Positions 37,371 through 46,968 of a stretch of 64,000 nucleotides of DNA are shown piece by piece. Origin of the DNA: Ferrovibrio sp. Lineage in GTDB: Bacteria; Pseudomonadota; Alphaproteobacteria; Ferrovibrionales; Ferrovibrionaceae. Numbering within the stretch: the stretch's first letter is position 1; every line of letters starts with the position of its first letter. The stretch covers positions 389 through 64,388 of the forward strand of contig NZ_JAOZVR010000055.1 in the NCBI RefSeq assembly GCF_025869515.1, given 5' to 3'. The position numbers were made by a program, and so were the translations under genes. Below the pieces are notes generated by a model, which saw only the letters and a program-made list of their open reading frames with translations, was not told the origin of the DNA and ran no database searches.

Positions 37371-37979
37371 ATGAGCAACACCCTCGACCAGACCACGATC
37401 GACGCGATGCGCGACGGCCTGCTGACCGGCGACCTCGCGCCGCTGTCCGCACCGTTCCTGCGGCATGGCCTGCGCCCGCCGGTCGCAACCTGGAATCCGC
37501 GCGCCGAAGATCTGCCGACCCTGCAGTTGCCCTTCGTGCTCAATCTCTGGCTCAGCCTGCGCGATGCCGGGGGCCGTGTCGCCCCCGGGCAGATCGACCC
37601 TTTCGCGCTGAAGCCGGCGCTGGGCTATATCCTGCTGATCGATGTGCTGGAGGATGGCGAGGATTTCCGCTATCGCCTCTATGGCAGCGAAGTCGCCCGC
37701 GTCGCCGGCTTCGACATGACCGGCAAACGCACCTCGCAGATGGTGACCGGATCGCTGGCCAGCACGTTTTACATCGCCGGCTACCGCGCCCTGCTGCGCC
37801 GCCCCGAACCGCTGTTCACCTGGCATGAGATGCCGATGCAGATCACCATCAACAGCTGGGACCGCATCGTGCTGCCGCTGACCGGCAGCGACGGCCGGAT
37901 CAGCCGGATCCTCACCTGCAACATGCCGGGGGAGCCGCTGCTGCTGCATGGCCGGGATGCGCGGCGGCAGCAGCCGTAA
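37371..37979 (+). CDS. Stand-alone PAS-like (PAS_5/DUF1457) domain protein
   Basis: IDPFALKPALGYILLIDV...DFRYRLYGS.V....G.DMTG...VLPL. Start uncertain. Confidence 0.75.
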   Translation: MSNTLDQTTIDAMRDGLLTGDLAPLSAPFLRHGLRPPVATWNPRAEDLPTLQLPFVLNLWLSLRDAGGRVAPGQIDPFALKPALGYILLIDVLEDGEDFRYRLYGSEVARVAGFDMTGKRTSQMVTGSLASTFYIAGYRALLRRPEPLFTWHEMPMQITINSWDRIVLPLTGSDGRISRILTCNMPGEPLLLHGRDARRQQP

Positions 37980-37980
37980 A

Positions 37981-37992
37981 ATTGTACACAAT
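37981..37992. promoter_or_regulatory. GntR/FadR-type operator ATTGTACACAAT upstream of puuD
   Basis: Near-palindrome similar to the sites at 45469 and 51740. Confidence 0.6.
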
Positions 37993-38069
37993 CCGGATTG
38001 ACGATCCCCGCCGGGCTCGGTAGGGCTTGGTCTTGCCGCGCCGCAACATGGCGTCGTCCGGGGGACTGC

Positions 38070-39257
38070 ATGATCGATCTGGCTTTGGAATGGCTCAATC
38101 TGGTGCTGCGCTGGATGCACCTGATTTTCGGCATCGCCTGGATCGGCTCCTCCTTCTTCTTTGTCTGGCTCGACAACTCCCTGCGCAAAGGCCTGGAGCA
38201 GCAGCCGGGTGTGCTCGGCCAGGCCTGGCTGATCCATGGCGGCGGTTTCTATTTCACCGAGAAATACTCGGTCGCGCCGCCGCAGTTGCCGGCCGAACTG
38301 CACTGGTTCAAATACGAGGCCTATTTCACCTGGCTGTCCGGCTTCTTCCTGATGGGCGCGCTGTATTACGTCGGCGCCGACCTCTACCTGATCGACGCCA
38401 AGGTGCTGCCGCTCGGCCGCTGGGAAGCGATCGGCCTCAGCCTCGCCTCGCTGGTACTGGGCTGGATCGTCTATGACCTGCTGTGCAAGTCGCCGCTGGG
38501 CAGGAACGATGCCGCGCTCGCCATCGTCGGCTTCGTGCTGCTGGTGGCTGCGGCCTGGGGCTATACGCAGATTTTCTCGGCCCGAGCCGCCTATCTGCAT
38601 GTCGGCGCCCTGATCGGCACGATCATGACCGCCAACGTGGCGCATAACATCATCCCGAACCAGCGCAAGGCCGTGGCCGAGATGCTGGCCGGGCAGGTGC
38701 CAGATCCTTCATACGGGAAGCAGGCGAAGCAGCGTTCGCTGCATAACAACTACCTGACTCTGCCGGTGCTGTTCGCCATGATCAGCAACCACTACCCGGT
38801 CACCTACGGCCATCCCTATGGCTGGGTGATTCTGGCGGTGGCGATGGTGATCGGCGGCCTGGTGCGGCATTTCTTCAACCTGAAGAACCAGGGCCGCGGC
38901 ACGCGCTACGAATTCCTCGGTGTCGCCTTCCTGCTGGTGGTCGGCCTCGTTTTCTTCACGCACTGGGACCCGCGCCGCGCCGCGCTGGCCGAGGGCGTCA
39001 CCGTCGAGGATGTGCAGCGCGTGGTGGCCGCGCGCTGCACCGCCTGCCATGCCGCCAAGCCGACCTTCGACGGTATCGCCGAGGCGCCGAAAGGCGTGAT
39101 GCTGGAAAGCCCTCAGCAAATCCGCCGCTTCGCGCCTCTCATCAACCAGCAGGCGGTGCGCACCGAAACCATGCCGCCGGGCAATGCCACCGAGATGACC
39201 GAGGAAGAACGCCAGATTCTCGCCGCCTGGATCGCGGCGGGCGCCAAACTGGATTAA
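38070..39257 (+). CDS. puuD: Urate hydroxylase PuuD, membrane protein with C-terminal cytochrome c
   Basis: LRWMHLIFGIAWIGSSFFF..LD...HGGGFY...WFKYEAY.TWLSG...RSLHNNYLTLPVLF.MISNHYP; CTACH heme motif. Confidence 0.93.
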   Translation: MIDLALEWLNLVLRWMHLIFGIAWIGSSFFFVWLDNSLRKGLEQQPGVLGQAWLIHGGGFYFTEKYSVAPPQLPAELHWFKYEAYFTWLSGFFLMGALYYVGADLYLIDAKVLPLGRWEAIGLSLASLVLGWIVYDLLCKSPLGRNDAALAIVGFVLLVAAAWGYTQIFSARAAYLHVGALIGTIMTANVAHNIIPNQRKAVAEMLAGQVPDPSYGKQAKQRSLHNNYLTLPVLFAMISNHYPVTYGHPYGWVILAVAMVIGGLVRHFFNLKNQGRGTRYEFLGVAFLLVVGLVFFTHWDPRRAALAEGVTVEDVQRVVAARCTACHAAKPTFDGIAEAPKGVMLESPQQIRRFAPLINQQAVRTETMPPGNATEMTEEERQILAAWIAAGAKLD

Positions 39258-40054
39258 TTCAGGGCTTTCAGCCAGTCGGTGACTGTCTGCACCACCTCTT
39301 TGTCGAGGCCGGCGAAGCCGTGATGGCCGGCAGCCTCGCATTCCTCACCCTTCTTGTCGGCCTGGCCGCCTTTCAGCATCATGATGTCGACACGCGGCGC
39401 CGCGGTCAGCAGCGCCTTGAACTGCGGCGTGGCACTGGCCGGCGTGTAGATGCAGGCATCGTTCTCATGCGCCAGCAGCAGCACCGGCATGGTGATCGCC
39501 TCCAGCGGTTTCACCATGCGCTGCACCGAGGGTTGTCGCGCGTCGGTCTGCATCAGCATCCCTGAGGTGATGACGATGGCATCGGGTCTTTGCGTGCCGG
39601 TCAGCCGGGCGGCGGCATTGGCAACGCTGAGCGCGCCGCGGCTGGTACCGATGAGATAGACCCTGGGCGCCTGCTTGCGCAGGTGATCGGTCAGCAGGCC
39701 GAGGTCGGCGGCCTGTTCGGCGCCCCAGCGATAGCCGTTGCGCACACCGCCATCGCGTTCCTTGAGATCGCCGGCAATATCGACGGTCGCGGCAACGAAG
39801 CCCGCTTCGGCATAGCCCTTACGCGTGCGCACCAGTTGGTTGCCGTTGAGATCGCGGAGGCGGCCCGAAGGTTCAAGGTCGAGCCGGCCGCTGCCGCCGG
39901 CGATCAGAATCACCGCGCCGGATGGCCTGCCTACCGGCGGTTCGACCAACACCCGCATGACAGTGCCGCGCATGGCGATTTCCAGCACCGATTCCACGGC
40001 CACGACCGGCTGGGCCAAGACAGCAAGCACCGCCGTAAACAGAACCGCGCGCAT
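39254..40054 (-). CDS. Exported alpha/beta hydrolase
   Basis: Signal peptide, IAGGSG, IGTSRG nucleophile elbow, HENDAC, HHGF. Confidence 0.8.
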   Translation of the reverse strand: MRAVLFTAVLAVLAQPVVAVESVLEIAMRGTVMRVLVEPPVGRPSGAVILIAGGSGRLDLEPSGRLRDLNGNQLVRTRKGYAEAGFVAATVDIAGDLKERDGGVRNGYRWGAEQAADLGLLTDHLRKQAPRVYLIGTSRGALSVANAAARLTGTQRPDAIVITSGMLMQTDARQPSVQRMVKPLEAITMPVLLLAHENDACIYTPASATPQFKALLTAAPRVDIMMLKGGQADKKGEECEAAGHHGFAGLDKEVVQTVTDWLKALN

Positions 40055-40068
40055 CCGCGCAAGTCCGC

Positions 40069-40542
40069 TCAATACGGCACCTTGTCGGGTTTGGCGTCCC
40101 ATTCGCGGAACACCTCCAGCGCCTCGTCGCGCAGGATCTGCTCGCAGGCCAGGCTGCGGCGCTCGCGCGGAATGCTGAGCTGGCGATAGAGAAACGCATC
40201 GTCGAAATTGATCGCCGCCGCATCGGCCTGCTCGTTGGCGTAATAGACCTTGTCGATGCGCGCCCAGTAGGTAGCGGCCAGGCACATCGGACAGGGTTCG
40301 CAGCTGGTGTAGAGCACCGTGCCGCGCAGATCGAAACGCGCCAGCCGTTGGCAGGCATCGCGGATCGCCGTCACCTCGGCATGCGCGGTCGGATCGTTGG
40401 TGGAAGTGACCTTGTTCCAGCCCTCGCCCACCACCTTGCCATCCTGCACGATCACCGCGCCGAACGGGCCGCCGGCGCCGGCGCTCATATGGATGCGGCT
40501 GAGCGCGATGGCCTGGCGCATGAAGGTGGCATGATCGGTCAT
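40069..40542 (-). CDS. guaD: Nucleoside/guanine deaminase, CDA fold
   Basis: GGPFGAVIV...DPTAHAEVTAIR...SCEPCPMCLAA.YWARI...WDAKPDKVPY. Confidence 0.88.
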   Translation of the reverse strand: MTDHATFMRQAIALSRIHMSAGAGGPFGAVIVQDGKVVGEGWNKVTSTNDPTAHAEVTAIRDACQRLARFDLRGTVLYTSCEPCPMCLAATYWARIDKVYYANEQADAAAINFDDAFLYRQLSIPRERRSLACEQILRDEALEVFREWDAKPDKVPY

Positions 40543-40556
40543 CGGACCCTCCGTGG

Positions 40557-40910
40557 TCAGGAGCCGCGATACGTCGAATAGCTCCAGGGCGAGGCGAGCA
40601 GCGGCACATGGTAATGCCCGTCGGCCTCGGCAATACCGAAGCGCAGCGGCACGGTGTCGAGGAAGGCCGGCTGCGGCAGCGCGACGCCGAGGCCGCGGAA
40701 ATAGTCGCCGATATGAAAGACCAGTTCGTACTGCCCCGGCTTGTAGGCCTCGCCGGCCAGCAACGGCGCATCGGTGCGGCCATCGGCATTGGTGGTGACG
40801 GTCTTCACCAGGCGGCGTGCATCGCCATCGAGTGCATAAAGCTCGATGGTGACGCCGGGTGCCGGCTTGCCGTGCATGGTGTCCAGCACATGGGTGCTCA
40901 GGCGGGCCAT
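40557..40910 (-). CDS. uraH: 5-hydroxyisourate hydrolase
   Basis: LSTHVLDT.HGKPA...TN.DGR...HYHVPLL.SP.SYSTYRGS. Confidence 0.97.
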   Translation of the reverse strand: MARLSTHVLDTMHGKPAPGVTIELYALDGDARRLVKTVTTNADGRTDAPLLAGEAYKPGQYELVFHIGDYFRGLGVALPQPAFLDTVPLRFGIAEADGHYHVPLLASPWSYSTYRGS

Positions 40911-40920
40911 TCGCGTCTCC

Positions 40921-41442
40921 TCAAGCCTGCAGCAGCGCTTCGAGGCGGATGCGGGCGATCCTGCCCACCTCGGCCAGCGCCGTGGTCAGTTCAATCTCGC
41001 GCGGATTGCTCACCCGCGCCTCGAAAGCCTCAAAAATCTGGCTCTTGCTGCGCAGCTTCACCGCGATGATGAAGGGGAAGCCGTGTTTCTCCAGGTAAGC
41101 GGCATTGAGCGAAACGATCTTCGCCTTCTCTTCCGCACTCAGCCGCGTCAGGCCGACGCTGTCCTGCTCGCTGGTGGAATGCGCAGTCAGCGTGCCGGCA
41201 TCGGCTTCCTTGCCGGCCAGCTGCGGATGCGCGCGCAGCAGCGCCAGCTTTTCCTCGGGGCTCGCCGCCCACATCGCCGCCACCATGGCGCCGTGCAGGC
41301 TGTCGAGGCTGCCGAACGGCCGCCTTGGCGCCGCGCGCTCCGGCACCCAGGGCGAATGTTCGAAAATGCCGCTCAAGCTGGCGACGAAATCGCCCGCGCT
41401 CATGCGGTTCAGATCGGCAAGGGTGCGCATGACATGCTGCAT
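40921..41442 (-). CDS. uraD: OHCU decarboxylase
   Basis: IFEHSPWV...LLRAHPQLAG...S..EQ...GL...N..Y..K.GFPFIIAV. Confidence 0.95.
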   Translation of the reverse strand: MQHVMRTLADLNRMSAGDFVASLSGIFEHSPWVPERAAPRRPFGSLDSLHGAMVAAMWAASPEEKLALLRAHPQLAGKEADAGTLTAHSTSEQDSVGLTRLSAEEKAKIVSLNAAYLEKHGFPFIIAVKLRSKSQIFEAFEARVSNPREIELTTALAEVGRIARIRLEALLQA

Positions 41443-41476
41443 GGAGCCTCCGGCAGTCGGCTTTCTGTATAGCCCA

Positions 41477-42763
41477 TCAGGATCGACGGGGGAAATGCTG
41501 GCGCAGGCCGCGCCACAGCGCGGTGGCCTCGGCGCCGCCGGGATCGCGGGCATCGGGCCGCACGGCGGTATGCACCATCACCAGCCGGCGCTGCGGATCG
41601 ACGAAGATGGTCTGGCCGCGCACGCCGAGCAGCGCGAAGCTGCCGTCGTTGTCGGGGAATATCCAGGTCTGGAAACCATAGCCGAACCAGCGGCCGGTCT
41701 GCGTGCCGGTGAAATGGGCGCGCGTCATCTCGCGCAGCCAGTCGGCCGGGACCACCTGCCTGTCACCGACCTTGCCGCCATTGGCCAGCAGCATGCCGAG
41801 CCGGGCATAATCGCGCAGCACCGCGTTGAAGTTGGACGAGGTATTCTCCTGCCCGGTGCGGTCGATCACCCAGCTGGCATCGGCCTCGGCGCCGACCGGC
41901 TGCCACAGGCGTTCGGAGAGATACTCGGCAATCGGGCGTTTCAGCGCGCCGGTCAGCACCAGCCCCAGCACCTGACTTTCGGCGGAGGCATAATACCAGC
42001 GCGCGCCCGGCGCCGCCTCGCGCGTGTTGAACTGCCGCACCGCGCCGGCGCCGCCCTGACCGGCCAGGATGGCACGCGACAGTCTCGCGGCATCGTCGAT
42101 GCCGTCGTAATCCTCGCGGAACTGCACCCCGGACGACATGGTGAGCAGATGGCGGATCGGCGTGCGGCCGTATTCGCTGCCCTTCAGCGAGGGCACGTAT
42201 TTTTCCGCCGGATCATCGATCGAGGCGATGGCGCCGTCGGCCACCGCCAGCCCGACGAGAATGGCGCAGATTGTCTTGGCCATCGAGAAGGAGATGAAAC
42301 GATGCGTCTCGCTGCGGGCATACTGATAGCGCTCGACATGGATGGTATCGCCCACCGCCACCAGCAGGCCGGTGGTGGGGTTGCGCGAAAGATATCCGTC
42401 GATGTTGGCGCGCCCGCCGCCCCGCACCGGCGGAATCAGATACTGCACCGCGGGCTCCGCCGCTGCGCGCCGCCAGGGGCTGGGTGTCGCGGCGCGCCGC
42501 ACCACGCGGGCATTGAAGATTTCATCCATGCGGGAAAAAGCATCGACGCTGTAGGCCGGCTGCCACCAGGCCTGCGGCGTGGCGCGCGGATATTGACCGA
42601 GGCCGTTGGTGTAGCGGTCGAGGTCCGGACCGCCGGGATTGACGCGGATGCCCGGCGTGGCGGCGATGGGCGGGGACGCCGGCGCCTTGATGCTGCCGCT
42701 GGTGCTGCAGGCCGACAGCAACGAGAGGCCGATGGCGAGCAGGCGGGCGGCGCGGTGCATCAC
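41477..42763 (-). CDS. Serine hydrolase (class C beta-lactamase/NylB-like) lipoprotein
   Basis: LSAC lipobox, SFSMAKT (SxxK), TPIRHLLTMSSG, WYYASAES, GVRGQ. Confidence 0.88.
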   Translation of the reverse strand: MMHRAARLLAIGLSLLSACSTSGSIKAPASPPIAATPGIRVNPGGPDLDRYTNGLGQYPRATPQAWWQPAYSVDAFSRMDEIFNARVVRRAATPSPWRRAAAEPAVQYLIPPVRGGGRANIDGYLSRNPTTGLLVAVGDTIHVERYQYARSETHRFISFSMAKTICAILVGLAVADGAIASIDDPAEKYVPSLKGSEYGRTPIRHLLTMSSGVQFREDYDGIDDAARLSRAILAGQGGAGAVRQFNTREAAPGARWYYASAESQVLGLVLTGALKRPIAEYLSERLWQPVGAEADASWVIDRTGQENTSSNFNAVLRDYARLGMLLANGGKVGDRQVVPADWLREMTRAHFTGTQTGRWFGYGFQTWIFPDNDGSFALLGVRGQTIFVDPQRRLVMVHTAVRPDARDPGGAEATALWRGLRQHFPRRS

Positions 42764-44028
42764 AGCACCAGAATGGCGCGGAAATCGTTGACATTGGTCA
42801 GCGTCGGCCCGGTCATCACCAGGCCGCCGGCGGCCTGGAAGAAACCATAGCCGTCATTGTTGGCCAGGCAGGCCTTGACCTCGATGCCCTTCATGGCCGC
42901 GCGGGCGATGCTGTCGGGTCGCAGCAGCGCGCCGGCATTGTCCTCGCTGCCGTCGATGCCGTCGGTATCGGCGGCCAGGGCGTAAATACCCTCGGCGCCA
43001 TCGAGCGCCACCGCGAGCGCGGTGAGGAATTCCACGTTGCGGCCGCCACGGCCCTTGCCGCGCAGCGTCACGGTGGTCTCGCCGCCCGAGAGCAGCACGC
43101 AGGGCGCTTTCGCTGGCTGGCCATGGCGCCGCACCTGCCGCGCGATGCCGGCCATCACCATGGCCACCTCGCGCGCCTCGCCCTCGATGGCATCGCCCAG
43201 AATCAGCGGGGTGATGCCTGCCTCGATGGCGACTTTCGCCGCCGCCTGCAGCGCCATCTGCGGCGTGGCGATCATCACGGTCCGTGTATTGGCGAAGAGG
43301 GCATTGCCGGGCTTGGGCGTCTCATCCTTGCCGGCCTGCAGATGCTTCAGCACCGCCGCCGGCGGCTGAATGCCGTATTTCCCGATCACCGCCAGGGCGT
43401 CGGCAAAGCTGGTGGGATCGGGCACCGTGGGACCCGAGGCGATCACCGCCGGATCGTCGCCCGGCACATCGGAGATCAGCAGCGAGACCAGCGGTGCGGG
43501 TGCCGCCGCCGCCGCCAGCCGGCCACCCTTGATGGCGGAGAGATGTTTGCGCAGGCAGTTCATCTCGGCGATGTTGGCGCCCGACGACAGCAGGGCGCGG
43601 TTGACCGCCTGCTTGTCTTCCAGCGTCAGGCCTTCAGCCGGCAGCGACAGCAGCGCCGAGCCGCCGCCGGAAATCAGGCACAGCACCAGGTCGTCGGGCC
43701 CCAGCCCGCGCACCTTCTGCAGGATCAGCGCCGCCGCCTTCTCGCCGGCCGAATCCGGCACCGGATGCGCGGCTTCCACCACGGTGATGCGTTCGCAGGG
43801 CACATCATGGCCGTAGCGCGTGACCACCAGGCCATCCAGCGGCGCGTCCGCGGGCCAGTGCCGTTCCACGGCCTGCGCCATGCTGGCGGCGGCCTTGCCG
43901 GCGCCAACCACCACGGTCCTGCCTTTCGGCGGTTTGGGCAGATGCGCCGGCACGCAGACCGCCGGATCGGCGGCCTGGCGCGCCGCGGTGAACATCGCCT
44001 GCAGGAGAGCGTCGGGTTCGCGTGTCAT
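42760..44028 (-). CDS. ttuD: Glycerate 2-kinase / hydroxypyruvate reductase, MOFRL family
   Basis: VVGAGKAAASMA...EAAHPVPD...LISGGGSAL...KHLSAIKGG...SGGETTV...DTDGIDG...TLTNVNDFRA. Confidence 0.9.
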   Translation of the reverse strand: MTREPDALLQAMFTAARQAADPAVCVPAHLPKPPKGRTVVVGAGKAAASMAQAVERHWPADAPLDGLVVTRYGHDVPCERITVVEAAHPVPDSAGEKAAALILQKVRGLGPDDLVLCLISGGGSALLSLPAEGLTLEDKQAVNRALLSSGANIAEMNCLRKHLSAIKGGRLAAAAAPAPLVSLLISDVPGDDPAVIASGPTVPDPTSFADALAVIGKYGIQPPAAVLKHLQAGKDETPKPGNALFANTRTVMIATPQMALQAAAKVAIEAGITPLILGDAIEGEAREVAMVMAGIARQVRRHGQPAKAPCVLLSGGETTVTLRGKGRGGRNVEFLTALAVALDGAEGIYALAADTDGIDGSEDNAGALLRPDSIARAAMKGIEVKACLANNDGYGFFQAAGGLVMTGPTLTNVNDFRAILVL

Positions 44029-45248
44029 GGCTGGGCCGCCGGTTTCAGAAACGTGGTGCCGCCGAACAGTTCGGCCACCTGCAATGCCGCCATCGCGACA
44101 TGATAGGGCGTGGTGGCCGGCAGATAGTCGCTGTCGGGCTGCAGGTCGCGGCGCAGGAATTCATGCCACCCGCCGCCGCCGGTGAAATACCGCGTGGTCA
44201 TGAAGGCAATCCAGCGTTCCAGCGCGGCATGGGCGCCGGCATCCGCCGTTGCCGCCGCGCGGATGGCGTGCACCTTGATGCATTCGGTCACCGGCCAGAT
44301 GCGTTTGCGGTCGCTGACCACCTGTCCATCGGTATCGACCTGGTCGTAGATGCCGCCATGCAGGGGATCGACGCCCCGGGCATTGGCCCAGTCGAACAAA
44401 GGCGCGGCGATCTGCTTGTATTCCGGCCGCCGGGCGCTCTCGGCATAGTCATGCAGCAGCCAGTACCATTCATAGAGATGGCCGGGCTGCACCAGTTGTC
44501 CCCGCTCCTGCTGCGGCCGGCCGGCGGCATCGAAATGCTCCAGCACCTTGGCGCCGTCGGCCGAATGCAGGCGGTCGGTGTACAGCGTCACCAGCTGCGC
44601 CGCGTCGCGCAGCACGCTGGCATCGCCGGTTGCGGCATGCAGCGCCAGCCAGGCTTCCAGCAGGTGCATATGCGGATTCTGTTCCAGCGCCGGATCCGGG
44701 CTGCTCCAGTCGCGCCGTGCGGCCTGGGCGAACCAGCCCTGCGGCAGAAAGAGATGCCGCTTGACCGCCTCGCCGGTGCGCCGCGCCCAGTCGATGGCCT
44801 CGGCTTTGCGGAACACGGATGCATAATGCGACAGCGCGAAGATCGCGAAGGCATGGCCATACAGGTCCTTGCCCGGATCGGCCCCGGGACCAGTACCGGC
44901 GCCATTGTCGCCCAGGCTGAAGAACCAGCCGCCATGCTCGGCATCCCAGAAGCGGCCGGTGAGATCGGCATACAGCGCATGCGCCCGTTCGGCGCAGGCG
45001 GCATTGCCGGTGACGCGCCAGGCCTGCGCGAAGAAAAACAGCTGCCGCGCCACCGCCATGCTGCGGCGATAACCCAGCGGTGCCGGCGTCAGGTCGGCCT
45101 GCAGCCGCTCGATGCTGTGTCCGCCGGCCGCGTTCCAGCCATGCGTCAGCCAGAGCTGCGCCATATCGACGAAGACATAGGACACGAAGCGGCGCGCGGC
45201 GGTCCGCTGCGTCTCGGTAAACGGCAGGACGATCGACGGGTCGGTCAC
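44025..45248 (-). CDS. AGE-family sugar epimerase/isomerase
   Basis: ARQLFFF...KDLYGHAF...QNPHMHLLEA...PGHLYEW...RIWPVTE...TTPYHV. Confidence 0.88.
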   Translation of the reverse strand: MTDPSIVLPFTETQRTAARRFVSYVFVDMAQLWLTHGWNAAGGHSIERLQADLTPAPLGYRRSMAVARQLFFFAQAWRVTGNAACAERAHALYADLTGRFWDAEHGGWFFSLGDNGAGTGPGADPGKDLYGHAFAIFALSHYASVFRKAEAIDWARRTGEAVKRHLFLPQGWFAQAARRDWSSPDPALEQNPHMHLLEAWLALHAATGDASVLRDAAQLVTLYTDRLHSADGAKVLEHFDAAGRPQQERGQLVQPGHLYEWYWLLHDYAESARRPEYKQIAAPLFDWANARGVDPLHGGIYDQVDTDGQVVSDRKRIWPVTECIKVHAIRAAATADAGAHAALERWIAFMTTRYFTGGGGWHEFLRRDLQPDSDYLPATTPYHVAMAALQVAELFGGTTFLKPAAQP

Positions 45249-45468
45249 ACGGCCGGTTCCAGATGGCTGGCGCCCATCACTGGTGCATCCTTTGGCGCAT
45301 TCCTGTGCATTGCGGCGTCTTCATTGCCATGTCCGGCAGCATATTTCGAGGCATTCCCGGACAAAGAAAGTTCCCCCTGCAATTTTATCCACGACGGTCC
45401 CCGGCAGCGTCAACCGCACCTGGCCAAGACGCTTTGCCGGGGCTGAAAGGCGGTGTTATGGTTTGGCA

Positions 45469-45480
45469 ACTGTATACAAT
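45469..45480. promoter_or_regulatory. GntR/FadR-type operator ACTGTATACAAT upstream of the allC-like gene
   Basis: TGTATACA palindromic core. Confidence 0.65.
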
Positions 45481-45507
45481 CCCCCAGCGTCACGACAGGA
45501 CCCCGCC

Positions 45508-46743
45508 ATGGCCGCCACCCGCTTCGCCGACCGCATGCTCGCGCAACTCGACGAGCTGGGCCGTATCAGCGAGAGCCCGGATTTCCTGCAGCGCACCTTC
45601 CTGATCCCGCAGCACAAACAGGCGCATGAGCGCGCCGCCGCATGGATGCGCGAGGCCGGCATGGAGGTCGAGCACGATTCGGCCGGCAACGTGGTGGGCC
45701 GCTATGCCGGCACCGACCCGGCCGCACCGGCCCTGATGACCGGCTCGCATCTCGACACCGTGCGCAATGCCGGCAAATACGACGGCATGCTGGGCGTGAT
45801 CGCGCCGATTGCCTGCATCGCCGACCTGAACCGGCGTGGCAAGCGCCTGCCGTTTCCCATCGAGGTGGTCGGCTTCGCCAACGAGGAAGGCACCCGCTTC
45901 GGGTCGGCCATGACCGGCAGCCGGGCGATTGCCGGCACCTTCGACCCCGCCATGCTGGAAGCCAGGGACAAGCAGGGCGTCAGCATGGGCGAGGCCTACA
46001 AGGCCTTCGGCCTCGATCCGGCCAAGGTCGGCTTCTGCGCCCGCAAGCCGGGCAGCATCGCCGCCTTCGTGGAGCTGCATATCGAACAGGGCCCGGTGCT
46101 GGAGCAGGAAGGCCTGGCGCTCGGCGTGGTGACGGCGATTTCGGGCGCGCACCGCTTCCGCGTCGAGATCACCGGGTTGGCGGGTCACGCAGGAACGGTG
46201 CCGATGGGCCAGCGCCAGGATGCGCTGGTGGCGGCGGCCGAGATCGTGCAGTACATCGAAAAGCGCTGCACCGGCACGCCGACGCTGGTCGGCACCGTCG
46301 GCATGCTGGAAGCCCTGCCCGGCGCGATGAATGTGATCCCGGGCAAGGCGGTGTTCTCGATCGACGTGCGCGCCGGCGAGGACGACCTGCGCGATCTCGC
46401 CGCTGACGACATCCTGAAGCAGATCAGGGTGGTGTGCGCCGGCCGCAAGCTGGAAGCCAAGATCACCGAGCTTTACAACAGCACGGCGACGCCCTGCCAT
46501 CCCGCGCTGATGGATGCCGCCGAAGCCGCCATCAAGGCGCAGGGCGTGCCCACCATGCGGCTGCCGTCCGGTGCCGGCCACGATGCCGCGACGCTGGCGC
46601 CGCTCTGCCCGATCACGATGATCTTCATGCGCTGCACGCGCGGCATCAGCCACAATCCGCTGGAAGCCGTGCTGCCGGAAGACGTGGAGCTTGCCACCGG
46701 CGCGCTGCTGCATTTCATCGAGAATTTCAAACCCGTCCAGTAA
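45508..46743 (+). CDS. allC: Allantoate amidohydrolase-like M20 Zn hydrolase
   Basis: GSHLDTV...GKYDG.LG...NEEG.RF...ELHIEQGP...HAGTVPM...SGAGHDA...SHNPLE; purine-catabolic context. Confidence 0.8.
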   Translation: MAATRFADRMLAQLDELGRISESPDFLQRTFLIPQHKQAHERAAAWMREAGMEVEHDSAGNVVGRYAGTDPAAPALMTGSHLDTVRNAGKYDGMLGVIAPIACIADLNRRGKRLPFPIEVVGFANEEGTRFGSAMTGSRAIAGTFDPAMLEARDKQGVSMGEAYKAFGLDPAKVGFCARKPGSIAAFVELHIEQGPVLEQEGLALGVVTAISGAHRFRVEITGLAGHAGTVPMGQRQDALVAAAEIVQYIEKRCTGTPTLVGTVGMLEALPGAMNVIPGKAVFSIDVRAGEDDLRDLAADDILKQIRVVCAGRKLEAKITELYNSTATPCHPALMDAAEAAIKAQGVPTMRLPSGAGHDAATLAPLCPITMIFMRCTRGISHNPLEAVLPEDVELATGALLHFIENFKPVQ

Positions 46744-46755
46744 TCAGGCGCTGTC

Positions 46756-46968
46756 ATGACTGTCGCTGATGATATCGAAGATCTCGTTCGCCGACGGCCG
46801 GGCTGGACCGAAAGTGAACTCGCGGCGAAGCTGTTTCCAGACCATCCTTATCAGCAGCGTGTGAATTCAACCTGCCGTCGGCTGGTCCGCGAAGGTCGCC
46901 TGCAGCGGCAAGGGCGCGGTGGGCCTGGTGATCCCTTTCGCTACCATCTAGTTCGGAACTCTAAATGA
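46756..46968 (+). CDS. 70-aa hypothetical protein, winged-helix-like
   Basis: Fills the gap between allC and the M20 gene with a 4-bp overlap; T.SELAAKL...VNSTCRRLVREG.L.R.G.G. Confidence 0.6.
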   Translation: MTVADDIEDLVRRRPGWTESELAAKLFPDHPYQQRVNSTCRRLVREGRLQRQGRGGPGDPFRYHLVRNSK

